From Caecitellus pseudoparvulus (taxonomy: Eukaryota > Protista > Bigyra: Bicosoecida), in assembly GCA_965644315.1 (NCBI GenBank), contig CBFFRQ010000005.1:1-59292 (forward strand): a stretch of 59,292 nucleotides of DNA. Reading direction: 5' to 3'. The notes beneath the pieces were generated by a model. It did no database searches. It had not been told where the DNA came from and worked only from the letters and a program-made list of their open reading frames with translations. Shown one piece after another: positions 1-10,999 of the stretch (the stretch's first letter is position 1; each line of letters starts with the position of its first letter). The translations under genes were made by a program, and so were the position numbers.

Positions 1-262
1 TAACCCTAACCCTAACCCTAACCCTAACCCTAACCCTAACTCTAACTCTAACCCTAACCCTAACCCTAACCCTAACCCTAACCCTAACCCTAACCCTAAC
101 CCTAACCCTAACCCTAACCCTAACCCTAACCCTAACCCTAACCCTAACCCTAACCCTAACCCTAACCCTAACCCTAACCCTAACCCTAACCCTAACCCTA
201 ACCCTAACCCTAACCCTAACCCTAACCCTAACCCTAACCCTAACCCTAACCCTAACCCTAAC
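1..262 (+). repeat. Terminal telomere, (CCCTAA)n / TTAGGG type
   Basis: Near-perfect CCCTAA array from base 1, with two CTCTAA variants near 40-51. The C-rich strand at the 5' end marks a left chromosome end. Confidence 0.98.
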
Positions 263-483
263 TTTCCAAATGTCAACCTAATCATAAGTTGTGCAGTGCT
301 AACAATGCCTAATCCAGGCGCTCATGCACCCAAGTGTGGTGTTGCACAGCGCTAGTGCAGTGCATTGGGTGCGCGGGTGAGCAGCAGTGCGATTTCCGGC
401 ACGCCACGCTCCCCACGCAGTGCTAAGTGCGGCTCCGGCTGGACGCTGCACCACTGCGTGCCCGAAACCATTGCTTCATCATC

Positions 484-2590
484 ATGTCATCCAAGGCCAG
501 CCAAGTCCTCGGCGTGCTCTTCGCGAGACCATGCGCCTGGAGCAGCGTGCTGTCGGGGCGGCCACGAACAGGCGTGCTGACCGGACATGTCACGCCGAGG
601 GGCAGCCCGGACTTTCCAGCTCGGCGGCATGGACATTGACTGCACGGATGGCCAAGATGCATCATTTTTCGTCCGCAAGTGGCTTGGCATCTTCGGAGAT
701 GAGCTGGAGGCCGAGTTTCCTGGAGCTGCTCCTGTGATGGTGCGCGCTAATTCCGCGCTGAAACAATCCGCACCAGGGCAGACCATTCTCCTTGTCACGC
801 TGCCGAGTGACGGTGAGAGGCCCCGCCATTGCCAAGTCCCTGCGCGTTGCTGCTGCTGTGCGAGAAGACTTCATCATCATGTTGAAGGGGGCGGCTCTGT
901 GGGCGTGGTGTACTCCAACACGCGGCAGTTCACGTCAGAGCGCGCCAGGGTCAGCGTGATCGCCCCTCCCTCTGTAGTGAAGGTTGCTCAAAAGATCTCT
1001 GAGGCAGCAACCAACATTGCCTGTGAGAGTGGGGATGTGTCCAAGATCTTGAAGCTTGTCCATGCCCATGTCACCAACACTCACTCCATCGCCAAGCGTG
1101 CTCCAAAGCCTGTCGGACACTCCGTCTCTCCAGAAGATGACGCCTCTGTCGACAAGCTGCCAAGCACACTGCCAAAGCCCCTTGCTGAAGGCGGTCCCAA
1201 GAAGAAGAAGACACGGAGGGGCAAACGCAAGCCATCGACAAAGAGCTCTCCTCCTCGGCGCTTTGCTGAACTGTTCAAGGAGGGCGTCGTGACTACTCGC
1301 CCCACAGCGCCCTCCCCTCCATCTGCACCCGCCGAGTCGTCAGGCCAAGCTGCTCCTTCCCCTGAACATGTCCCTCTTCCGTCCACCAGAGTCAAGCGCC
1401 CGACCTTCAGCAGATGGGACTCGCCCAGCCCACGCAAGAGACCTCCTCCCGTGTCCCCGACAGCTGCGGCACTATCGGGCAGCGGGGCCAGCCACCTCTT
1501 GCAAGTCCTGCAAACACGGCACCCACTACGCTGCTAAAACTTGCTGACTGCAGTCGCCGACCAGCACGGCTTGGACAGGCAAACCTTGACTTGGGTTCCC
1601 CCTTGCAGCAACTCCTCGCCTCTGCGCACGCGTTCCGCAATAAGGACCAACGACACTGTGTCCAGGCCTGCTTTGAAACAGCAGCAGGAGAGCCACTCTT
1701 CAATGACGATGACCTTGTCCTTCTTCAACACGCAGCCACCATCCAAGCGGCGCAGACATCCTTCTGTGCTGTGTTGAAGAAGAGCAGCGCGCGTCATCCT
1801 GGCACACCAGACTCGGAGGTCCATGCTGTCTGTGAAACAGAACCTTCCATGCCGACCACCGAGCAAGACAAGCTTGACCTCTTTCAATCGTTCCTGTACC
1901 GACATGCGCCTGATGATGCAGCACTCACCAGTGCCTGTCCACCTGTGCTCCTCCCTGGTCTTCATCTCTTGCTCACGCGTATCAACGAGGGCCATCGGGA
2001 ACTTGAAGGCGGCCAGTGTCTGGACACTGCCTGGCTGATGGTCAAGGCAGAGAAGAGATGACCTCCGAGGCAAAAGTCTTTGCTGGGGTGTACTTCGCGT
2101 TTGCTCTCAGCTTGGTTGACACTGGAGGTGTCTCCCACCTTCAGCTCATTGTCGTCAACGCTGAGAAGTCCACACTTGTACTGTGGAACCTGACGAACCC
2201 TTCAAGAGCACCAACATTCCAATCGACGGCTGCCTGAACACACTCGACACGATGGGCATTGAGTCTGTGTACCGTGTCACATCCTCCCCGCTGAGTGGCA
2301 AGCCGATTCCCTTCAAAGACAGAGTGCGGCTGGCCATGCTGTCCCTCCAGGTCTGACTTTCCCCCACTCCCGTTCGTAGCTGAGGACGAGACTGTCTACC
2401 CAAAGACTCTCATCACTGGCAAGACAACACGGGTGTACCTCCCTGTAGGCCGCACCACGCGCCAACAAGCAGCTGCCGATGAGAGAGCCAAGACGGTTGA
2501 CCCCATACTGTCACTCATCCCAACATCTGTACAAGTCGCCGACCAGATCAGTAGCGATGCACCGCCACACTGTCGGCCGCGGAAGACACA
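484..2590 (+). pseudogene. Element A ORF1-like N-terminal region (frameshifted)
   Basis: ORF pieces 427-639, 587-1537, 1414-2061, 2016-2237 and 2295-2756 are colinear with the intact 7917-9962 ORF (RRGAARTF, KKKKTRRGKR, CVQAC.ETAAGE, HLQLI, DFPPLP). Confidence 0.85.
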
Positions 2591-5500
2591 TGACACTCGC
2601 ACTTGCTGCTTGGAATGTGCACGGCTCCTGCGGCCAGTGTGTCCACGATGTCGTCACCTGTGTCCAGTCTGTGTGCAGTGCGTCGTCCATGTTGGCACTC
2701 TGTGTCACAGAGCCTGGGGGGCACGGCCTGCTCGACACGGAAGTCATGGGCCTTGAATGCTCCGCCCAAGCCCGCCTGATCGGCCTGTCGGGCGGAGTGA
2801 GGTTGCCTTGCTGCTTGATCGAAGACTCAATGGCTCAGTGATCCCGGGCCTCGACGTTGATGGTCGCTGCATAATTGCTTGCTCGATCCCTGCAAGCCCA
2901 CAACCCATCGCCATCATAGCCACGTACGTACCCAACTGGCACTCTTGGCAGCGAAAGAAGCCAGTCGCTGATCCGGACACAGCGCTTCCGTACCGGCAAG
3001 AGGTTTGGCGGCAGCTTGAGTCTGCTGTTCAACAGCTCCGCCTCACCCACATGATTGTCATCATGGGTGACTTGAACACTCATCCAGGTGACGAAGGGGT
3101 AGGCACGTGGGGAGCAGATCACTGGGAGAACCGGACCGGCATTCCCGAGCCCACTGAAGACATGCCTGCAGATGCAGCTCCTCTGCGAGCAAGGCCCACT
3201 GATCCCCAGCCGGACTTGGTGGCCTGCCAACGCACAGGTATGGTCGGGCTCTGGACCACATCCTGATGACTGAGGACCTCCACAGTATGTTGAGCAGACC
3301 ACTGCACATCACAACAACGTTCTCCAGCGGGACGAAAAAGAGTGCCGCTCGACTAGTCCTCAGTGACCATCATCTTGTTGCAGCAGAAGTCCGAGTGAAG
3401 CCTGCCAAGCGAGTGTGGACATCATCCAAGAGCCCCCATGTACAGGCGGTGCCACCCTGGTGGACCTCAGCGACAGAGGCTGGGCTGGCAGCGCAAGCGA
3501 TGTTCGCAGGATCCCTCAGCTCGCGGGCCACCGCGCTCCAGACAGGCAGCGCCGCCCCGAGCCTATCCTTTCTCAACGGTGCTATCGAAGCTGCGGCTAT
3601 GGACACACATCGCAAGGCCAAGACCCCACGTGACCCTCTGCCCCAGCTGAAGATGGACATCAAGGCGGCCAGCGGGCTCAAGAAGTCCATGACTGCACGC
3701 GTGTCCAAGCTGCGGAAGACCATTGCCAAGCTGCACCGGAAGCTCGCACTTGCCACCGGTCGGCATCCTGCAGCCAGACCACGCCCGTGCCATCCGAGAG
3801 GAATCTCCATGGCCACTGAAGAGCTCACGCCACGCTTCAATGCCGCAAGGACGCGATGCGGAAGTGCACGAGGCTTGTGAAGAAGAAGCGACATGTCACT
3901 CTGTCCAGGATCCGGAGCACGCTTGAGGGAACTCGCTGTCACGGATCCCTTCACTCGCGCCACCAACACATCAAGCGCCTGTCAGGTCGAGGTCGTCGAG
4001 CCCGTCGAGCTCCCATCAGGTCCGTGAAGTCCATGCAGGGAGTGCTCATCTCCTCCCCTGATCTGGTGAAGGAGGAGGTTGCCAAGCAGATGTCTGGCAT
4101 CCTGAGTCACAACAAGCCCAGGCCAACATCGCTGAAGTACGGGCTGGCAAGGTTCCTTCCCTCAGCCCAAGAGTCCTTCACCCCGCCAGTGACATGGCTT
4201 CCCTCCGAGAAGCAAGTCAAAGTCCTCATGGGATCACTCAGCTTGCATCGACACCCAGGCTCTGGCAAGTTCCAATCAGAGCACATCAAGTATGCTGGGG
4301 CCAGGCTTCCAAGACATCTACTCCCAAGCCGTCATCCAAGCGTTGCAACACGGCACCTGCCCGCCAGACTACCATGCAGGCATTGGGTCACTCATCCCCA
4401 AGAAGACGAGTGAAGCTGGGCGGCCTCGCACATACCGCTTGATTGTATGCCGCCCCCTCCTGCGAAGCTCTTCTTCTCAGTGGCCGCTGCATGCCTGGAG
4501 TCCTGGATGCAAACATGGGTGTCGAAGGAGCAGGCTGGCTTCACTGACACCGCAACACGCATGAGCACATCTTGGCTCTCCAAGAGGTGATCAGAGGGCC
4601 ACCTGCGACAGTCAACAGCGCCAGTGCAAGTCCTGGTACTCTTCGTGGACTTCCGGGGAGCATTCGACTCTGTGAGCCACGCAGCCATCACAGAGATCCT
4701 TGAGGCTGCCTCCTCCCTGCGCCACTCCTGGCCGTCATCAAGGAGTACATGTCCAAGGCGACGGTCTCCATCAACACGCGCCATGGTCTTTGTCGCCCCC
4801 TTCCTGTCAGCAATGGTGTCCCCCAAGGAGGAGCTCTGTCCCCCTCCTCTTCAAGGTTGCGATAGATGTGCTGTCGCAAAGGCTCCACGAGATGCCCCTC
4901 CAAGGCATCCAGGGAGTGGGCATCCCAACACCAGCAGGCCATGTCACCCACACCCTGTATGCAGACGACCTGGCCTGCATCGCAACGTCTGCCACGGCCT
5001 TGCACCGAATCTTCGTAGAGGTGAAGGCCATCGCTTGCCCGGGTTGGCCTTGCCATCAACCCGTCGAAGTCCGGGGTCACGATCCTTGCCAACTCCGTGC
5101 GAGGCAGCCGGACACCAGTCAGTGAAAGGAAGAAGTTGGTGTGGCGCTCGGCTGCCCTCAAAGCGGGCAGCATGCTGAAGGTTGGCACCAAGTCCATCCA
5201 ACGGGTGGCCGAGTACACCTACTTGGGTGTGCCGATGTCCGAACATCCTGCCAAGACCCGTGCACTTACCCTGCAACAAGCTGGGCTTGCTTGCATCCAA
5301 GCCGGAGTTCACTGCGGGCGCGCTGCTCAGTGCCACCTGGCTCGATGTGCAGCAGCGGCACCTGGTTGGGTATGCCACTGTCACGTCAGCCGCCGACTAC
5401 ATGCTGTCCACCCAAGCCAGCAGTTCCCTGCTTCCGCTGCGCGATGTTGACCGCGGCGTCGCCCTCGCCTTGGACAGGACCCAAGTCGGCTCGCAGAGTG

Positions 5501-7134
5501 CACTCATGCGCCCCCACAGCTACGCCAAGCTGGCTCTATGCGGAGTCCTGCCTGCCCACATCCGCTCCACGCAACTGCGGACTGGGATGTTTGTCAAGGC
5601 TCTCCGGATGCTGCACTCGGACACCCCTCTTGCCCGAGCTCTGTGCCTGACCATCCCGCAGGCCCTTGACCTTATGCCTGCTTCGATGTCGACGACCTTC
5701 ATCGTCGACACCATTGCTGATGGAGGTCGACTCCGGGCTGCCAGTGTCCCTGCTCCGTGGGCACTGCATGCCCTCTTGGACCTCTGGCTCATGGGCTGCA
5801 TGCCAGACCTTGCACAGCTTCGGCTTGCATGTGCACCTGGCTCTGAGCATGCTGCCACAGCCCTTGCCCAAGTCCTTGCCGGACTTAAGACCACCCCGGG
5901 CCTCCACAGGTCTGCGGTGGTTGGGGTGGCTGCCAGCGAGACGTCGTCCATGGCCGAACCCCGGCCTTCACGGCAGACACCCCCTGGGCCCTGCGTCGCC
6001 AAGTCCTCGCGTCGTATCTTCATGTAGCCCAGGCAGTGCCGAGTGCAGCTGCCCACTACACCACCGACAGCCGAATCCCCCAAGTGCAGAAGCCCAGGCC
6101 GCATCATCTTGGGCCTGGTGCGCAGCGCTTCGTGTGGCTACATCCACTGCCACACGGGGTGAACCCCCTCTTCTGGGTCTGTCCTGATGACAGGCCCACC
6201 AGAGTGATGGTCCATCACTTCCAGACCTTACAGCTTCTTCATGGGGGGGACAGTGCCACTCTGTACGAGTGCTGTCCGAGTTGCGGACTCAACACCGATG
6301 TACAGCTGCACGTGCACATCCTGCTGCACTGCACCCACCACGAACTCACCATGGCACGCCAACACACGATGACCAAGTTCAGAGAACTGGCCAACAGGTC
6401 AGCTGTGCCCGAGTCCCGCGGCGGGCCAAGTGCAGTGCCTGCCCATCCCCCCCAAGATCTGCCACGCCCTCCTTCGTGCCCCTGACCCAGAGCCTGCGAA
6501 GCCTGCGGGACCTCGAGGTCCTCCACAGGCTCCTGCTCTGCGGGCAGTGGCCTCACCGGTGGGGGCTGGCCGACGAAGAGCAGCTTGTCTCTATGAAAGA
6601 GGCGGCTGTCCTCTCCCACCCCCACCTCGTCCACCGTGCTGGTCCTTGCCGTGTCCGTGCCCCAGCTGTATGGCAAGACATCCTGCGCAGCGCGGTTGAG
6701 TTCACAGCAAAGGCGTGGCGGGTCACAGTCACTTACATGTTGCGTATGACCGATGCCCACCACCTTGCTGTCCAGAGGCATGCTGAGTACCTGTGGTGGG
6801 CAGTACATGGGCGCGGGGCGCCGCTGCCTGGCCGCACGCAGCCAGTGCGGTCAGCGGCCACGCGGCACACGCGCAGGCCCCGCACTCGCCGCAGGGCACG
6901 CACCTTTTCCCTGCCAAGGCTGGCCAAGTGCCGTCCACGGAGGGCAAGGTCCAGAGGACGCTGCAGCACTTCATGGGGCCTCAGCCAGCCCATGCAGACA
7001 CTGATGGTGAGGGGGAAGGGCCCGATGGTTCCCGTGAAGAGAGGCGAGGTAGTGGCGGAACGCAGGCGTGCGGGCGGGGAGTGGAACAGCCACGCTTGTG
7101 GCCGCGTCTACCCTCCACGAGTGTCCTGACGTGA
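2590..7134 (+). pseudogene. Element A pol: APE endonuclease, reverse transcriptase and zinc knuckle (frameshifted; 3' end approximate)
   Basis: Canonical APE and non-LTR RT motifs split across many frames. The C-terminal part is colinear with the element C ORF (AADY, PWA, LHP, HILL.C, LCGQWP). Confidence 0.88.
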
Positions 7135-7895
7135 TGAACCTGTGTGAAGCGTGGTGATAACCACGGTAGCCCGAAGCAGATGCCCAAGACCTTACCTTTT
7201 ACTTACTACATAGCCTGCGAGTAGCAGTGGAGTGAGCGGGAGCGTGCCTCGGGCCGCGGCGCGTGTGCAGCCGCAGTGCTGCACGGCCGCGGCCCGGATG
7301 GCGGCTGACGATGAAGCAAGCTCACTCACCACGAAACCAGGGCGTGACGGGTTGAAGAAGAAGGTCCTTTTCCTTTCTGTATCCCCCTTGATGCGCGCGA
7401 TGCGCTCTGTGGCGCGGGCGCGTGTGTGCGCACGGGTGCTGGTGTGCGCGATCGAATTCCGCACCACGCACCCGGCCGAGTTCCCGCGCAGAGGCGGAGC
7501 ACACACCTCATGAAGGGCGCAGAGAGGCCTATGAGGGCCACAGAGGAGGTGGGTGAGGAATTTGGATTATGATCTGTTGTCAAGACTGCGCGGATGCCTG
7601 GGTGTGCTCTGGTGTGCCCCAGGTGTCTGGCGCTGGCGGGCAAGGGATGAAGTGTAGCGGAGGAGGGCCAAGATGATGAATTGGAGCGGGCAGGGACCTG
7701 CCCTAGCAAGTGGCGGCAGATATAACGGGTGCAAGCCTGTGTTTGTTGCGAATCCGCGCCAAGCGGTAGCCGCTGTGGCGTCCTACATGTGCAGAGGTGC
7801 ATTGTGGGGCGCCCGTGTGACGCTCAAGCTGTACGGTGCCAAGCTGTGCCGAGGTGAAATGCATTGTGAGTTGCTAACCATTGAGTAGCTAACCC

Positions 7896-9962
7896 CAAGT
7901 CCTGGGGGTCCTCTTCGTGGAGGGGTGCCTGAAGCGCAAGCAAGTGCTCGGCCCCAGAACAGGTGTCTTCACTGACATGCCACGTCGGGGTGCCGCACGC
8001 ACCTTCGAGCTTGGAGGACCCCTGCCCAAGACTGATCATGATAGTTCATCTTCGGCACGGGACATGTGGCTCGAGGTCTATGGGGAAGCCGCCGAACGGC
8101 TGATCCCAGGGCTGAGTGCGGAATTCGGCAACGCCAATGCGGCCCTGCGCCAGGGACCCACCGGATCGCCAACCATCCTCGTCACGCTCGGAAGTGAGGG
8201 TGATTCACCAACAGTGGCACGTCAACTTCGCATTCTTGCTGCTCAAGAGGACGACTTCGCCATTCGAGTCGGCCAAGGTGGGTTCGTCGCCGTGGCCTAC
8301 ACCAACACCAAGCAGTTCGCATCGGCGAAGGCGAAAGTGAAGGTGAAGGCCCACCCCACCGCCATCCAAGTGGCCCACCAAGTGACCAAGGAAGCAACCG
8401 AAATCGCCTGCCAGTCAGGTGATGTTGCCAAGGTCATGTGCCTCGTTAGGTCCCACTTCGACCATGGCCCCGTGCCAGCCCAAGCCGTCCGTCCCAGTGT
8501 CAGACAATCCGTCCCCTCCGAGGGTGATGCACCTGTCGACACCAAGACACCATCGACCTGGACTGACACTCAGCTCGACAAGGCACCGAAGAAGAAGAAG
8601 ACCCGTCGAGGCAAGCGAGGAAAGGGCAAGTCAGCCGGACGATCCCTCACCTTCGAGGACGTCTTCATCAAGAACGTCCGGCCACCTGCACCTCGACCAA
8701 CCTCACCACCTGCCACCCAAGGCTCACCCAAAGATACCGTCACCACCCCTGTGGTGCATGCCATGTTGCCTTCATCAAGGGTGCAGCGGGGCGTCGACCG
8801 CAAGTGGCCGTCCCCCACCCCGTCGGGCGAGGCAAGCCCCGAGGTGCACCGGTATCGGCCGTCTGCAGCAGCAGCATGGGAGGTGATCACAAGGGTGGTG
8901 CCTCTTCATGACAGTGTGCGGACACCCGAGCACCTGGCCGAGTACCCCATCAAGCCTGGCCCTCTGGCCGACCTGCTGTCATCGACCCACGTGTACTCTA
9001 ACGTGGGGGGGCGGGCCTGTGTCCAGGCCTGTCTCGAGACGGCAGCAGGGGAGAGGGTCTTCGAGGCTGGGGACCTCCTCCTACTCCAGCATGCAGCCAC
9101 CATCAACGCTGCCCAGCTTGCCTTCAAGCACATGGTCAGGCAGCTGGAGGGGGTGGTCAGTGACTCGTCCAGCTCGGACATCATGGACGTCGGCCAGAAG
9201 CCACCCTCCCCCTTCCGCTCAGACGGGCAACGGGTGGCCGTCTTCCGCAACATGCTGCACCAGCACTCGCCGGATGACACCTTCCTGGCCCCAGGTACAC
9301 CACCAGTCCTGCTTCCCGGCCTGCACCTGCTCATCGACCGCATCAACCAAGGGTACCGTGCCCCAGCCGGGCATGATGACCTTGGCCAGGCCGGCGTCGA
9401 CCCCAGCCAGGTTGATGAAGAGGGTGACCAAGAGGGGCACCTCGACGGAGTGCTGTATGCCTTCGCACTTCGAGAGGTGTGGACCGACAACACGGCCCAT
9501 CTGCAGCTCATCCTCGTCGACCATGATCGAGGCAAGCTGGTGCTGTGGAACCCCGACATCCCTGACCTCCATGACGAGCTGCCCCTGCACAAGTGCATGA
9601 CCCGGCTGGCAGCCGAAGGCATCAACGTCTTGTACCGGATCTGGACCACACCCGAGGCGGGCAGTCCAGCACCCTTCCGGGACAGGCTTCGAGGGGCACT
9701 CCAGTCTCTCCGAGATGACTTCCCCCCCCTGCCTCACAAGGCCACCGACGGCACCGTGCACCCCCAGACCCTCATCGCTGGCAAGGGCACAAGGGTGGCC
9801 ATGCCTCATGGGCGGATGACCCGACAGCAGGCCGCCACCCTGGAGGCTGAGGTCAAGGACCCCCTCAAGCGGCTGGTGCCTGAAGACGGCGAGGGTCGCC
9901 TGCCCAAGGTCAAGGATGTGCCCCACATCTCGATCGGGCAGATGGGTGGACGCCTGATGTAA
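7896..9962 (+). CDS. Element B ORF1 protein (~690 codons; basic patch, Pro-rich linker, possible Cys-His-Asn protease-like domain)
   Basis: Open frame QVLGVLF...GGRLM*, with the first in-frame ATG at 7977. Homologous to A's ORF1 along its length. Confidence 0.8.
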   Translation, partial: QVLGVLFVEGCLKRKQVLGPRTGVFTDMPRRGAARTFELGGPLPKTDHDSSSSARDMWLEVYGEAAERLIPGLSAEFGNANAALRQGPTGSPTILVTLGSEGDSPTVARQLRILAAQEDDFAIRVGQGGFVAVAYTNTKQFASAKAKVKVKAHPTAIQVAHQVTKEATEIACQSGDVAKVMCLVRSHFDHGPVPAQAVRPSVRQSVPSEGDAPVDTKTPSTWTDTQLDKAPKKKKTRRGKRGKGKSAGRSLTFEDVFIKNVRPPAPRPTSPPATQGSPKDTVTTPVVHAMLPSSRVQRGVDRKWPSPTPSGEASPEVHRYRPSAAAAWEVITRVVPLHDSVRTPEHLAEYPIKPGPLADLLSSTHVYSNVGGRACVQACLETAAGERVFEAGDLLLLQHAATINAAQLAFKHMVRQLEGVVSDSSSSDIMDVGQKPPSPFRSDGQRVAVFRNMLHQHSPDDTFLAPGTPPVLLPGLHLLIDRINQGYRAPAGHDDLGQAGVDPSQVDEEGDQEGHLDGVLYAFALREVWTDNTAHLQLILVDHDRGKLVLWNPDIPDLHDELPLHKCMTRLAAEGINVLYRIWTTPEAGSPAPFRDRLRGALQSLRDDFPPLPHKATDGTVHPQTLIAGKGTRVAMPHGRMTRQQAATLEAEVKDPLKRLVPEDGEGRLPKVKDVPHISIGQMGGRLM

Positions 9963-10577
9963 GTCACCTGTGGGGGCATACTCCCTGTGCCACACATGAC
10001 TGAAGCTTTGTGTCGCGACCGACGCACATAGCTGACATCGGACATTGGAAAGTCCAACCCAACCTCACCATCACCAACCCAACATCGATACCAACACATC
10101 AGGACTCGGCTCAGTGGAAGGGGAAGGCACTTGCAGCAAGATCTGTGAGGCCGCCCCCAAACCTGAGCCGAAGGGACAGCCGGGCTGGGTCGTGTGCTTG
10201 CATCTCAGCAACACCCAGTCCGTGTCGAGTCCATATCCTCCAGCCCACACCGCCACCCAAGCCAAGCAAGTCGGGTCTCCACCCCTGGACATCGGACCGA
10301 GACGGACGAGACTGGACTGGACGGACAAGACAAGAGTGGACCGAGACCTGGACCTACACCTCAAGACCATCCCACCGGGGCGGGCGCTGAAGCGCCAAGA
10401 CAGACGGCGACTTATACAACGGACACGAGTCTGTGCTAGTCGCAAAGCCGTGCAAGCGGTGCCGTCGTGGTGTCTGTGTCACTGCATTCTGTTGTGGCGC
10501 AGGTGGCACCACATGTCCAAGCCCAAGCTGTACCATGATGTAGCCTGCATGGAGGCAATCTGCAATGCATTGAGTAG
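7896..10577 (+). mobile_element. Element B: ORF1-only (RT-less) relative of element A, slightly 5'-truncated
   Basis: Begins at CAAGTCCTG, corresponding to codon 7 of A's ORF1. One intact ORF is followed by ~600 nt without APE/RT motifs, then the family 3' end CAAGCTGTAC..TGCAATGCATTGAGTAG-CTAACCC. Confidence 0.85.
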
Positions 10578-10999
10578 CTAACCCTAACCCTAACCCTAAC
10601 CCTAACCCTAACCCTAACCCTAACCCTAACCCTAACCCTAACCCTAACCCTAACCCTAACCCTAACCCTAACCCTAACCCTAACCCTAACCCTAACCCTA
10701 ACCCTAACCCTAACCCTAACCCTAACCCTAACCCTAACCCTAACCCTAACCCTAACCCTAACCCTAACCCTAACCCTAACCCTAACCCTAACCCTAACCC
10801 TAACCCTAACCCTAACCTAACCCTAACCCTAACCCTAACCCTAACCCTAACCCTAACCCTAACCCTAACCCTAACCCTAACCCTAACCCTAACCCTAACC
10901 CTAACCCTAACCCTAACCCTAACCCTAACCCTAACCCTAACCCTAACCCTAACCCTAACCCTAACCCTAACCCTAACCCTAACCCTAACCCTAACCTAA
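10578..10999 (+). repeat. Interstitial telomeric tract (CCCTAA)n, ~420 bp
   Basis: Same orientation as the terminal telomere, with a single CCTAA slip near 10811-10820 and another at the proximal end. Confidence 0.97.

Larger units (their letters stand above)
263..7879 (+). mobile_element. Element A: near-full-length APE-type non-LTR retrotransposon (ORF1-like, APE endonuclease, RT, CCHC-like knuckle, 3' UTR), multiply frameshifted
   Basis: Motifs appear in order across shifting frames. ORF1 starts at ATG 484 (MSSKASQVLGVLF). APE: AAWNVHG (2611), LCVTE, IATYVP, IMGDLN (~3066), LSDH (~3362). RT: LIPKK..TYRLI, EQAGF, FVDFRGAFDSVSH, GVPQGGALSPLLF, LYADD (4958-4969), YTYLG. Knuckle CPSC..HILLHC (~6270-6330). 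The element ends AATGCATTGTGAGTTGCTAACC. Confidence 0.9.

Noticed and set aside
4250-5230. TERT or Penelope/Athena identity for the RT
   Set aside because: The upstream APE domain, the DFRGAFDSV and QG..LSPLLF motifs and the C-terminal knuckle are non-LTR (LINE) type.
7305-7340. Hammerhead ribozyme-like CTGACGA...GAAA
   Set aside because: Stem II cannot form adjacent to the core by eye.
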